The position numbers and the translations under genes were made by a program. From the IMG/VR virus record IMGVR_UViG_2886098363_000001, positions 1 through 64,000 of that record: 64,000 nucleotides of DNA; one strand, written 5' to 3'. This document shows, piece after piece, positions 9,765-19,076 of the stretch; positions within the stretch are counted from its first letter, which is position 1; the number at the start of each line of letters is the position of its first letter. Source of the stretch: a virus (Duplodnaviria > Caudoviricetes). Below the pieces are notes generated by a model that did not search any database, was not told the origin of the DNA, and was given only the letters and a program-made list of their open reading frames with translations.

Positions 9765-11342
9765 ATGAATCAGTACAGAGCAATTGAAGATGTCATCGAG
9801 AGGCTAGACCAGTCCCTTTGGGAGCCACTGGATGTCGTAGCCTATAGAACAAAGGCTCCGAAATTTATGATCTTGACTCAGATGCTGTCTGTTATCGGAA
9901 TCGCATCACAGCAGCTGGTAGACATTAGCCCCAAAAGCGGGATGAAAATACCGACATCACTTTACACTCTCATTCTAGCGGGTTCCGGTGAGCGAAAAAG
10001 TTCGGTCGATAGAATACTGATGAAGCCAGTCCGTGAATTTGAGAAATGGCTGAGTGAGCAGGCAGAGCATGCACAGCAGAGGTATGAGGTGGATCTTGAA
10101 TTGTGGTGTATGAAGCAAAAAGTGCTAAAGAAGGAATTAGATGAAATGTGTAAACAGGGTGAGGATCAGCCCACCCTGATAGAGGCATGGCGTACTCACA
10201 ATTTGAGTAAACCTACTTCACCAATAGTTAGTAGAATTTTAGCTGAAGATGTAACAGTCGCAAAATTGAAGTCAATTTTAGCAGGTAAAAATACGTCATT
10301 AGCACTAGTGTCCGATGAAGCCGGAACGCTGCTTTCGAGTGATTTGATGAAAGATAATGCATTATTCAACTCATTATGGTCAGGTCAAACTATACGGGTA
10401 GACAGAGCCAACGCTACTGAAGTTCATATCGAAGGTGCACGTTTGACTTTAAGCATGCAAATCCAGCCTGATATATATAAAGCATTCAGGGCCAATAACG
10501 GTGATGCGATGAGAAGCTCAGGATTAGATGCTCGAATTCTAATTTGCGAGCCTGAATCAGAAATTGGTTACCGCCAAGAAGATAGAGATGATAGTCCATC
10601 ATTAGAAGATGATGCTAAATTAGGGAGGTTTAATTCAAGGGTTGATACCCTGCTAAAAGAAGGAATAGGGAATAGACTGAAAGATAAGCCTAGGCATTGC
10701 CTATCATTGACTGATAGGGCTAAGACGTTATGGCTTGATAAATTCAATGAAATTGAATATGCAATGAGAGATGGCGAGTATTTAGAGCACTATAGAGATT
10801 TTGGTTCAAAGTTCATGGAGCAAGCATCTAGAATTGCAGCCGTACTTCATGTCTTTGAACATGACGACTATAGTGGTGTATTTGTTGATTATGACACTAT
10901 GAAAACAGCAATACAGTTGACTGAAATATACTTGCATCAGGCAATGATAATTTTTAGGGCTCCTGAGGCTAGAGAGTATCTGGACATGACTCATGTTAAT
11001 AAATTATTGGAGTGGATAATTCAAAATTGGAAGGGAACATTGTTTTTAAAAAGTGACATCAGACGAAGTGGCCCCCACTGTATACGTAATTTGGATAAGT
11101 TGGAGGACGCGCTTGAAGTTCTTATTGCTAGAGGGGATGTGATTTGCTACAAGAAGAAACAGTCTATATATATTTGTTTATCTTGGAGGAAATATCCACG
11201 TTATGCTCGCCGATCGACATTGAACACTCCGGATGGCACTCATATTAATAAGCTTTCTGAATATTTTGGAAGGTATGACTCACGCATCGCATCAATAAGA
11301 AAATTAAGTGTGCCAGTTATAGATATCCTAGGATCTTATTAA
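9765..11342 (+). CDS. DUF3987/YfjI-family P-loop protein (putative replication helicase)
   Basis: Walker A-like LAGSGERKSS and Walker B-like LVSDEAG; directly after alpA. Confidence 0.85.
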   Translation: MNQYRAIEDVIERLDQSLWEPLDVVAYRTKAPKFMILTQMLSVIGIASQQLVDISPKSGMKIPTSLYTLILAGSGERKSSVDRILMKPVREFEKWLSEQAEHAQQRYEVDLELWCMKQKVLKKELDEMCKQGEDQPTLIEAWRTHNLSKPTSPIVSRILAEDVTVAKLKSILAGKNTSLALVSDEAGTLLSSDLMKDNALFNSLWSGQTIRVDRANATEVHIEGARLTLSMQIQPDIYKAFRANNGDAMRSSGLDARILICEPESEIGYRQEDRDDSPSLEDDAKLGRFNSRVDTLLKEGIGNRLKDKPRHCLSLTDRAKTLWLDKFNEIEYAMRDGEYLEHYRDFGSKFMEQASRIAAVLHVFEHDDYSGVFVDYDTMKTAIQLTEIYLHQAMIIFRAPEAREYLDMTHVNKLLEWIIQNWKGTLFLKSDIRRSGPHCIRNLDKLEDALEVLIARGDVICYKKKQSIYICLSWRKYPRYARRSTLNTPDGTHINKLSEYFGRYDSRIASIRKLSVPVIDILGSY

Positions 11343-11877
11343 CAGTATCGTCTGCTCTATGGTCCAGTATCGAAATGTGAATATTTATCGATTGGATTAA
11401 TTAACTTAAGAGTTGTTTTAAGCATGTCTTTGCCACAATATCATACATTATTTAAACATATTGATGCTTACATTCAATGATACATATATCTATTTTGATT
11501 TGTGCGGGTGTGTAAAAATACATCATTGGTTGGTATATGTATTATATATTAATATTAACACTCATTATTAACTCACCACCCGATACACTGTGCTACCTAG
11601 CACCAAGTATAACGTGATGGCTACGCTTATATACGCATGCCTCTAAGCATGCAACACTATAGGAGACGTATGCGCTACTAATGGTGTCTCACACACCACA
11701 TTATAACCTGTTACGTTAAATGTATTTGCGTAATAAAAACAAGCCATTAATAGATATCGTGCGATAGCACCATAACTCTGCATTCATTAATACAGGGTAG
11801 GGACATCTACACTCACTCACCTTCTATAGCCTATCGCTAGGAAGGTGAGTGTTAATTAAATTAATAAAGAGATAGCT

Positions 11878-12564
11878 ATGTTGAACCACTTACAACGTTC
11901 GGTATTCAAGATGAAGCAGTTTATTAGCCAATGTGAAGACTGCTACGGCCCCATGAATTACACCTATTTGAGGCGTAGCCTAGATGTTGTTTCCGATACC
12001 CTTGCCAGGTGTCCTCGCGTTTATGCTCTGCGGATAGATCTGCGCTTCGCTGTTGAGTCACCGGATGATGATGCTGATACGCTAACCTGTTTACAGCGTT
12101 CTGACCCATCAGTGATTACTCGCTTTATGGAGTCCCTGAAAAGCCAGCTACGTGCGGACCATTATCGTCAGAAGCGACGTGGTACTCCATCTCTACCGGC
12201 CTTTATCTGGTGTCGGGAGCAGGACTCCTCAGCATCTCCCCATTACCACCTGATGCTGCTCTTTAACAAAGACGTCTATGCCTTCTTGGGAGACTATCGG
12301 GACTATGACGCTAATAACATGGGAACCAGGATCCAGAAGGCGTGGTGCAGCGCTCTGAGCCTCCCTTATCCTGATAACGCGACGTTAGTGAATTTTCCTG
12401 ATAATCCGGAGTACCGGTTTGATCGCAAGTCAGTCCGAGATAGAGATGATAACTTCAACGCATTTCTATTTCGTATGGCGTACCTGAGTAAAAAGAATAC
12501 GAAGAGCGGCGGCGATGGTTATCGAAACTTCGGTACCAGCCAACTGACCCGAGCTGAGCATTGA
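11878..12564 (+). CDS. Inovirus Gp2-like / YagK-YfjJ family (HUH-type motif)
   Basis: RVYALRIDLRF, WCREQ...HYHLMLLFNKD, RMAYLSK motifs. Confidence 0.85.
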   Translation: MLNHLQRSVFKMKQFISQCEDCYGPMNYTYLRRSLDVVSDTLARCPRVYALRIDLRFAVESPDDDADTLTCLQRSDPSVITRFMESLKSQLRADHYRQKRRGTPSLPAFIWCREQDSSASPHYHLMLLFNKDVYAFLGDYRDYDANNMGTRIQKAWCSALSLPYPDNATLVNFPDNPEYRFDRKSVRDRDDNFNAFLFRMAYLSKKNTKSGGDGYRNFGTSQLTRAEH

Positions 12565-12580
12565 TTTATTAGGGTGGCAA

Positions 12581-12862
12581 ATGAAGCTTGCATCAAGTGT
12601 GTTTACAGATACCCGATCGTTACGGTCGGCATTAAAGGGATTGTCATCGGAGGATTTGTTAGCACTGAATGCTGAAATCGAGGCGATAGCGCTGGAGCGC
12701 ATTGAGGAAGAGGAGGCTGCGAGGGTAAGAGCACATGAGCGGCAGCAGGTGATCGCTGACATTAAAGAATTGCTCGCTTTAGAGCGTATTAATCCTGAAG
12801 AGCTGTTAGCGTTCACCAGATGCCCTGTAAGCTCGTCTAAGCGAAGCCGGAAACTTGGGTAG
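12581..12862 (+). CDS. Truncated H-NS-like protein (oligomerisation domain only)
   Basis: TRSLRSALKGLSSEDL...ERQQVIADIKELLALERINPEELL aligns with the N-terminus of the neighbouring H-NS; no DNA-binding motif. Confidence 0.65.
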   Translation: MKLASSVFTDTRSLRSALKGLSSEDLLALNAEIEAIALERIEEEEAARVRAHERQQVIADIKELLALERINPEELLAFTRCPVSSSKRSRKLG

Positions 12863-13207
12863 TATAAACAACAGCTGCTTCTGTATGAACGTTCTAGTAG
12901 CATTTACGGAGATGACTAGTCTGTTAAGCACAGCGAGGGGACCAATCCCCTCGTTTTTATGTGTTGCGTATAAATACAACAAATTCAAATGGACACTGAT
13001 GACGACAGAATGCTAAAACGATAATTAATGGCATTTGCATCGATGAGGTGTAATAGCGTAAAATTCAACACTGTTATTACTACCTGAATCGTGCTGTTCA
13101 CTATTCAGACCAGTCACCAGAACGATCCAGATTGAAAGACCTATATCACCAGAGTCAGTAGCTATCCATGTGGCTGACGGTGTGCCCCTTATTGAGAGAT
13201 CTTAATC

Positions 13208-13612
13208 ATGACTGAATTTCTGAAAGTGTTGCTGAATATCCGTAGCTTGCGGGCTGCATTGCGTGAGCTCTCTTTTGAACAGTTGCAAGAAGCGAATGAG
13301 AAGTTCTCCTCGATTTATAACGAGCGGGTTGCTGAGATAGAAAAGACCCGCGCAGCCGATGCCGAGCGTTTGGCCAAGCTGGCCGAATTCCAAGCAATGC
13401 TGGCTGATGCTGGCATTGACCCTACTGAGCTCGTACAGGGCGTTCCAGCCGGGAAAGCTCAACGTGATGGCACGAAACGTGCTCCGCGTCCGCCGAAGTA
13501 TCGTTATATGGCAAATGGTGAAGAGCGCACCTGGACCGGCCAGGGACGCACTCCTAAAGCGTTGGCCGCCATGCTGGAGCAAGGCAGGCAGTTGGAAGAA
13601 TTCCTGATTTGA
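13208..13612 (+). CDS. hns: H-NS/StpA-family nucleoid protein
   Basis: LLNIRSLRA N-terminus and PPKYRY...TWTGQGRTP DNA-binding motif. Confidence 0.92.
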   Translation: MTEFLKVLLNIRSLRAALRELSFEQLQEANEKFSSIYNERVAEIEKTRAADAERLAKLAEFQAMLADAGIDPTELVQGVPAGKAQRDGTKRAPRPPKYRYMANGEERTWTGQGRTPKALAAMLEQGRQLEEFLI

Positions 13613-13616
13613 TGTC

Positions 13617-13643
13617 AAAAGGACTGGCTAACCAGTCCTTTTT
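13617..13643. terminator. Bidirectional intrinsic terminator between hns and the island integrase
   Basis: AAAA-GGACTGG-CTAA-CCAGTCC-TTTTT between convergent genes. Confidence 0.8.
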
Positions 13644-13674
13644 CTATTGCGTTGTTGAGTTATTGAAACTTAGC

Positions 13675-14919
13675 TCAGCTGACATTTGACGATGGCAACC
13701 ACGTCAGTGCTGAACCGACTCTGGATGCTGCATCGATATATTCTGACCACCAGACCATCATTTCTCGGCGACGTTCCAGATAATCCGTGCGGTTGTATGC
13801 GCTACGGACTTCATCTTTGTCAGAGTGCGCCAAGGCAGCTTCTATAACGTCTCGATCAAATCCTCTCTCGTTCAGGGTGGTGCTGCCCAAGGCTCGCAGG
13901 CCGTGAGCGACCAAGGTCCCTTCATATCCCATTCTTTTCAAGGCCGCATTGGCTGTTTGCTCGTTGGTGTGCGTTTTAGGATTACGGATACCAGGGAAGA
14001 TAAATTCACGATGGCCGCTGATCGGTCGCATGAGGTCCAGGTAGGCAAGTGTCTGCGGCGTCAAGGGCACGTCATGACCTCTGCGCTTCTTCATTCTCTC
14101 TGGTGGGATCCGCCAGAGTTTCTTTTCCATATCGATCTCTGCCCACCTTGCTCCGGCCGCCTCGCTGGGGCGAGCCAAGGTATGCAGGCTCCATTCGATG
14201 AGGCAGCGGGTCTGCAAATTGATGCTGGCCTTCGATAGCCTGTTCATCAGTTCTGGTAACTGGTTGGGGTTAATGCTGGGCATGTGCTGTTTGGCTGGCC
14301 GCTGAAACACCTTGCTGATCCCCGAGCAAGGGTTGGCGTCGATCAGACCAGAGTTAACAGCAAAGGTCATGATCTCGTTCACCCGTTGCGTGAGGCGACG
14401 CACGGTTTCGAGTTTTCCAGCAGCAGCGATGGGCTCGATGATCTTGATGGCTCGCTGTGCCTTTATTTCCATAACGGGCACTGTGCCTATCTCGGGGAAC
14501 AGGTACATTTCGAGAGAACGCCAGAGATCCTCGGCATATGCCGGGGTGACGGAAGGGCGCTTAACATCAAACCAGCGCTTGGCGACGGCTTCAAAGGTGT
14601 GCTCGCTCTGTGATAACGCAGCGGATGCCTGCTCATCACGATGGTGTTGGGGATCGATGTTTTGTTGCAGCAACGTTTTGGCTTCGGAGCGTTTCTCTCT
14701 CGCTTCAGCCAACGACATCTCCGGCCAGGAGCCAAAGCTGATCATGTTTCTCTGTTTAGTTAGGGGGCGGTAGTAACGCAGGCGCCACAACTTGGAGCCA
14801 TTGGGCTTGATGACGAGCTCCAGACCAGCCCCGTCGCAGAGGGTGTATTCCTTCTCTTTGGGCTTGGCTGCTTTGATCTCGGTTGGGGATAAGGGACGGG
14901 TGATACGAGGCATAGGCAT
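13675..14919 (-). CDS. P4/CP4-57-family tyrosine integrase (island)
   Basis: Arm domain YTLCDGAGLELVIKPNGSKLWR; catalytic R (LARPSE), HGLR, LAH, Y (AYNR). Confidence 0.95.
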   Translation of the reverse strand: MPMPRITRPLSPTEIKAAKPKEKEYTLCDGAGLELVIKPNGSKLWRLRYYRPLTKQRNMISFGSWPEMSLAEAREKRSEAKTLLQQNIDPQHHRDEQASAALSQSEHTFEAVAKRWFDVKRPSVTPAYAEDLWRSLEMYLFPEIGTVPVMEIKAQRAIKIIEPIAAAGKLETVRRLTQRVNEIMTFAVNSGLIDANPCSGISKVFQRPAKQHMPSINPNQLPELMNRLSKASINLQTRCLIEWSLHTLARPSEAAGARWAEIDMEKKLWRIPPERMKKRRGHDVPLTPQTLAYLDLMRPISGHREFIFPGIRNPKTHTNEQTANAALKRMGYEGTLVAHGLRALGSTTLNERGFDRDVIEAALAHSDKDEVRSAYNRTDYLERRREMMVWWSEYIDAASRVGSALTWLPSSNVS

Positions 14920-14940
14920 ACGCTCCGGAAGGCATACAAA

Positions 14941-14964
14941 ACGATATGCCTAACGATATGCCTA
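14941..14964 (+). repeat. Tandem 12-bp repeat, probable integrase arm/Xis sites
   Basis: ACGATATGCCTA x2; inverted AGGCATA copies at about 14909-14937. Confidence 0.55.
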
Positions 14965-15077
14965 AAAGGGCTGGATGGCAACGCACCCCATTGGACAGCA
15001 TAAGACAACAAAAAACCCGCAAAGCCTTATGCTATGCGGGTTTCTTGGACTTCGTTGGTCACTGTTGGACCGGTATT

Positions 15078-15106
15078 TGGTGGAGCTGGGGGGATTTGAA
15101 CCCCCG
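15078..15106 (-). other. ssrA: Displaced 3' end of tmRNA (T-arm + acceptor strand); att junction shared by prophage and island
   Basis: Minus strand reads GGGGG-TTCAAAT-CCCCC-CAGCTCC-ACCA, then similarity stops; lies between two integrases. Confidence 0.85.
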
Positions 15107-15143
15107 GACTGAGCAGCTTTACCAATTGAACTATAAGACTTTT

Positions 15144-16346
15144 TTATTTTCCGGTTGGATTTTGGATCAGGATTGGCGCTTTTGCTGTCTGGCCGTCGTA
15201 CTCGGCAAGGTAGGATCCGTAGTGCCGAAACAGCATCTCTGGCCCCTTGTGTCCCATCTGGGTGGAGAGCCAAAACAGGTTGCAGCCGCGGCTGATGTTG
15301 GCGGTGGCGAAGGTGTGGCGGGTTTGGTAGAGGTGGCGGTAGCGAACGCCTGACCGCTTGAGGGTGTAGAGCCAGGCTTTCTTCCTGATGGCGTCGGCCC
15401 CGGCCCAGGGCTGGTTGAGCTTGGGGTCGTCAAAGACATACTCCCCCCGCATGAAGGTGAAGCGCTTCTGGCTGGTCAGCGCCGCCAGCGCCTCGCCGGT
15501 CAGTTCGATGGTGCGAGTTCCGGCCCGGGTCTTGGTGGTCTTGATGACTCCGACCACTTTGGCGCGAGATACCTGCACGGTGTTACCGATCCAGTCGATG
15601 GCCTCCCAGCGAAGGGCGCACAGCTCGGACGGCCGCATCCCGGTTGCGAACGCGAAGGCGAACAGGTTGGCCCACTGCTCATTGATGCCGTGGGCTGTCG
15701 AGAGGATGGCGGACACTTCCTCCGGGGTGAAGGGGTCAACGTCCTTGGCTCCCTGTTCGGGAACTGAACTCCCGTCCAAATACCGGGAAACGGTCACCAG
15801 AGAAACAGGGTTTGATGCCAGCAAACCATCCGTGACAGCCTCGTCGATGGCGCTGCGCAGGAACGACAGCCGGTTGCGGGCCGTCTTCGCGGTAGTGCCT
15901 CCCCTGATCAGCCAGTTTTTCACCTGGGCGGGGGTCAGCTCCGAGACGGTGATCCCGTGCAGATCGGCCAGCGCCTTGTGGCATTTGCGGTACCCAACCA
16001 TCGTGGATGGGCTCAGCCCCCGGAGCTCACAACGCTGCAGGTACTCGTCCAGGTAGTCGGCCACCTTGGCGGCGATCGAGGCGCCGCCGAACATCCGCAG
16101 CTTCTTGGATTTCGGGAAGTAGTCGGCGTAGGCGAATTGACCCCGCTCTATCTTGCCCTGGATCTCCCCGAGCAGGCGGGAGGCGTAGCGCACGTTGGCG
16201 GTGGTGTTCGGCAAGTTGGACAGGGGCTCACGACAGCGAACCCCCTTGAACGTGAAGGTGATGTTGATCGTCTCCCCGCGGACCGTTACGCCGCGTGGGA
16301 GCTGTTTTTCATTGCCCACTTGGTTACCTCCGCGATGTTGACCCAA
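15144..16346 (-). CDS. int: Prophage tyrosine integrase
   Basis: TGMRPSELCAL, YQTRHTFAT, QMGH, HY catalytic motifs; stop codon ~40 bp from att; start may be GTG 16319. Confidence 0.95.
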   Translation of the reverse strand: MGQHRGGNQVGNEKQLPRGVTVRGETINITFTFKGVRCREPLSNLPNTTANVRYASRLLGEIQGKIERGQFAYADYFPKSKKLRMFGGASIAAKVADYLDEYLQRCELRGLSPSTMVGYRKCHKALADLHGITVSELTPAQVKNWLIRGGTTAKTARNRLSFLRSAIDEAVTDGLLASNPVSLVTVSRYLDGSSVPEQGAKDVDPFTPEEVSAILSTAHGINEQWANLFAFAFATGMRPSELCALRWEAIDWIGNTVQVSRAKVVGVIKTTKTRAGTRTIELTGEALAALTSQKRFTFMRGEYVFDDPKLNQPWAGADAIRKKAWLYTLKRSGVRYRHLYQTRHTFATANISRGCNLFWLSTQMGHKGPEMLFRHYGSYLAEYDGQTAKAPILIQNPTGK

Positions 16347-16489
16347 CGCTCCTTTACCCCGTCCACGTTGACGATGTGAACCCCCAACTGCCAGATACCG
16401 CGCTGGATCCGCTTGTTGATGGTGTCCCGGTCGGTGAGCTCGATAGTGCTCAGGTAGGTGCTGAGCGGGATGGCGTCAGGCATTCTCAT
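16286..16489 (-). CDS. xis: Excisionase
   Basis: TINKRIQRGIWQLGVHIVNVDGVKERWVNIAEVTKW; overlaps the int start. Confidence 0.75.
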   Translation of the reverse strand: MRMPDAIPLSTYLSTIELTDRDTINKRIQRGIWQLGVHIVNVDGVKERWVNIAEVTKWAMKNSSHAA

Positions 16490-16913
16490 TATGATGAGCT
16501 GGCCCTGAATGTGGGTTTGCGCCGGGTCTGCTGCTGTTCCCATGGTTGTTGGTCCTCGTCAGTCTGGTGATTTCATCCCGGCCCGCTCGGTTGTAGAGGA
16601 AGCATTCCACCTGCTTCCTGCTGCTGACCGCCTGGTCAAGGCGGTACTCCCCGAACGCCGGGCGTTTGAGTTGGTGCTGGTTGGCCAGCCGGCCAATGGC
16701 CTGGGCGCTGACCCCCAGCTCCTTGCCCAGTTCGGTGGCGCTCCAGAGCTGGCCGGCAACCCGGGGCGCTTCGATGGGCAGATCGAAGTGCGCCAGGATG
16801 CGGCCGATCTCGGCGAGCTTGGCCGATCGGGAAAGGGTGGGGGAGCGCACGGCGCTGACCAGCTCGTTGAGAAGCTGGCTGTCCTGGTCGATGGTCAGTT
16901 GAAGTTGCTGCAT
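16476..16913 (-). CDS. Antirepressor-type DNA-binding protein
   Basis: WSATELGKELGVSAQAIGRLANQHQLK winged-helix-like motif. Confidence 0.6.
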   Translation of the reverse strand: MQQLQLTIDQDSQLLNELVSAVRSPTLSRSAKLAEIGRILAHFDLPIEAPRVAGQLWSATELGKELGVSAQAIGRLANQHQLKRPAFGEYRLDQAVSSRKQVECFLYNRAGRDEITRLTRTNNHGNSSRPGANPHSGPAHHNENA

Positions 16914-17046
16914 GGCGTGGCCCTCCTGTCCCAGAGGATGGGGCGCCGGGTGAGTTGAAGGAAGGGCCGTTATTGGCCGTGCGGCTCGCGGATCCAACAA
17001 AAACCCCGGCGCTAGGGCCGGGGTCTGGGTTGAAATGGGTGGTGCT

Positions 17047-17733
17047 TCAGTGCGACTGCATCAGCGCCTTGGTGCGCCGGGTGACCGAGGCCAGGGTCAG
17101 CTTCATCAGGTCGGCCAGGTCGTCATTGCTCATCAGGTCGAGCATGCGCTGCATGTCGCGCGGGTCGGTGGGGTCGATGACGCAGGCGCGTTCGGCCACC
17201 GGCCAGAGGGTGAGACTGTCACCGCCGTGGCGGCCGCTCATACTGCCACTGTCTGGCTCGATGCTAAGCATGTAACGGGTGGTGCCCAACTTGTGGCAGA
17301 GGGCCTTGGCCAGTTGCTGGGGGCTGCATTTGTGCAGGTCGCTGGCAACGGGCGGGAAGGGGATATCGTTATCAGTCAGCTCAGCAAGCTGGCGGTGCAG
17401 TGCTTCGCTTTCGCTGCGGCGGGCCGCTTGAGCGGCAGCGTACACCTCGACTTCAAAAGCGGGCTCAATCCAGCCTGCATATTTCATGGCCACCAACTCG
17501 ACCGCCCACACTCCTGGCTTATTGCCACCCCTCACCGTTTTCAAAGCGGGAAATCCCGCTTTGGCCTCTACCGCTGCGATGTAGGCGCCATTGAAGCGCT
17601 TGAACTCGCTGGGCTTGTGCGATGTGGTAGCTTTGCCTTGGGCGATGGCAGCTTTATGCAGGTCGTTGAGGTTGTACATACCATCGGCTGCAATGGTGAT
17701 GGAGTGGTTGGCAATGGTGAGCTTAGTGTTCAT
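17047..17733 (-). CDS. KilA-N domain antirepressor-like protein
   Basis: GMYNLNDLHKAA...GTWAVELVAMKYAGWIEPAFEVEV-type KilA-N signature (here PGVWAVELVAMKYAGWI). Confidence 0.85.
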   Translation of the reverse strand: MNTKLTIANHSITIAADGMYNLNDLHKAAIAQGKATTSHKPSEFKRFNGAYIAAVEAKAGFPALKTVRGGNKPGVWAVELVAMKYAGWIEPAFEVEVYAAAQAARRSESEALHRQLAELTDNDIPFPPVASDLHKCSPQQLAKALCHKLGTTRYMLSIEPDSGSMSGRHGGDSLTLWPVAERACVIDPTDPRDMQRMLDLMSNDDLADLMKLTLASVTRRTKALMQSH

Positions 17734-17769
17734 AGTTGATTTCCTTCGGTTCAAAGATGAATCGCCACC

Positions 17770-17960
17770 GAAGAGACCAATCTTACTGGTGACGAACTGA
17801 GCAGGATTGGTCTTACCGGGAACCAAAGAAACCGGCGCCCCCGAAGGGGCTCCTGCCCAGCCCGTCATAACTGAAATTGCGGGTACTACTGGGCTGCACA
17901 TAAAAAAACACGCGGGCGCGTGTTGTGCGCTTTAGTTCATCGGGAGACCAATCCCGGCAA
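17770..17960 (-). ncRNA. C4-type antisense RNA with flanking target boxes
   Basis: Core GGCTGGGCAGGAGCCCCTTCGGGGGCGCCGG...CCGGTAAGACCAATCCTG; AGACCAATCC is complementary to GGATTGGTCT upstream and AGATTGGTCT downstream. Confidence 0.65.
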
Positions 17961-17982
17961 TGGATTTTGCCGTTGCTTTTAT

Positions 17983-18012
17983 AGTATCTAGAAACATTGG
18001 CATGGTTGTCAA
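17983..18012 (-). promoter_or_regulatory. Sigma70-like promoter of the C4/antirepressor operon
   Basis: TTGACA-N18-GATACT on minus strand, just downstream of a terminator. Confidence 0.5.
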
Positions 18013-18018
18013 TCCATG

Positions 18019-18045
18019 AAAAAGCCCAGCGCGAGGGCTGGGCTT
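18019..18045 (-). terminator. Intrinsic terminator after moron genes
   Basis: GC hairpin AGCCCAGC..GCTGGGCT with a U-tract on the minus strand. Confidence 0.7.
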
Positions 18046-18070
18046 GACTTGGTCTGGTGACGGAGGGGGG

Positions 18071-18391
18071 TCAGTATGGCCATTTATCAAGATTGTCCCA
18101 TTTGGAGTCAGCCTTGAAGTCGCGGGCAAACTCCGCGCAGGCCCTCACCACTGTTGCGCGCCTTGATGAGGGGGTTGAACCTTTTGGATACTTAAACTGC
18201 AGCCCTTTGTCGTAAAGGATGTCCGCCAAGGCGGAGCCATTCCCATAGTTGTACTCACCAGTAAATGAAGATGCAGGCATACGCCTTATGACTTCACAGT
18301 TATCAATAATGTCAACCGCATCTTGGGCCGCTATTTTTTCACCATTAAAGTTGAGACAGGCAACCAACCCCAGCATGCATGAAATTCCCAT
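18071..18391 (-). CDS. Hypothetical moron protein
   Basis: 106-aa ORF, AT-richer than flanks, hydrophobic N-terminus. Confidence 0.55.
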   Translation of the reverse strand: MGISCMLGLVACLNFNGEKIAAQDAVDIIDNCEVIRRMPASSFTGEYNYGNGSALADILYDKGLQFKYPKGSTPSSRRATVVRACAEFARDFKADSKWDNLDKWPY

Positions 18392-18416
18392 TATATATCC
18401 CCGATAAATGGCGTTA

Positions 18417-18776
18417 TCACTTATACCTGCATGATCTCACATAGATCGTGTCACTTGGCGATGAGCTGAACCTTGATGGCAGCTCGCTGTGCAATCGACA
18501 CAAATCTCCGCGAGTGCTGATTCCTGCCACGATAAAGTCTGTGGCGATCCAGTCGCCATCTTTCTTGTAGCGTATCGGAATTCTGCTTCCATCCTGGATT
18601 TTGGTTGGTATCACAACGTCATAGTCCGTGCCTTTTGAGAAGAGGAGATAATTGCTCACTATCTCAAGCCGCCCTGTTCCCGGTGTGACAGCCACGATTG
18701 CCCACTCATCATCAGCCATTGAATGGCCAGAGAGCAGCAGCAATGCCGCACCCAACCCAACCTCCAATCGTCTCAT
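18417..18776 (-). CDS. Hypothetical exported moron protein
   Basis: Signal peptide MRRLEVGLGAALLLLSGHSMA; GGAGG RBS. Confidence 0.65.
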   Translation of the reverse strand: MRRLEVGLGAALLLLSGHSMADDEWAIVAVTPGTGRLEIVSNYLLFSKGTDYDVVIPTKIQDGSRIPIRYKKDGDWIATDFIVAGISTRGDLCRLHSELPSRFSSSPSDTIYVRSCRYK

Positions 18777-18857
18777 AACACCTCCTTGTTATTTATGGGG
18801 GGTATTATTGCACCGATTGGAGCTGACGTTAATGCCCCGGACTTGCCGGGGCTATGG

Positions 18858-19076
18858 TTATGCTCGCCAGCCCCGGTACCCGATAAAGCCGGGATCCATG
18901 ACTTGCCTGAACGGCAGGACGGGGAGGTGGGCTATCAGGGTCTTGAGCTGGGGGTTATCGGGTTGGCTGTCGATGGTGACCCGGGCGCCGGGGTTGATGC
19001 GGAGGTATCTGGCGCGGGTCTCTTCGGCTTCGGTGCGGGTCAGGCCGGGCTGAATGATGGGGGCTCGGTAGCGCAC
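18858..19076 (-). CDS. Hypothetical phage protein
   Basis: Coupled ORF in the leftward early operon. Confidence 0.55.
   Translation of the reverse strand: MRYRAPIIQPGLTRTEAEETRARYLRINPGARVTIDSQPDNPQLKTLIAHLPVLPFRQVMDPGFIGYRGWRA

Larger units (their letters stand above)
1..15077. mobile_element. P4/CP4-57-type integrative island (left end outside window)
   Basis: P4-family integrase next to ssrA 3' end; AlpA, DUF3987, inovirus Gp2-like, H-NS, DUF932/YqaJ cargo; AT-rich segments. Confidence 0.85.

Noticed and set aside
15078-15106. Complete tRNA or tmRNA gene
   Set aside because: Only the T-arm and acceptor 3' strand are present; the sequence beyond 15106 is phage att/int DNA.
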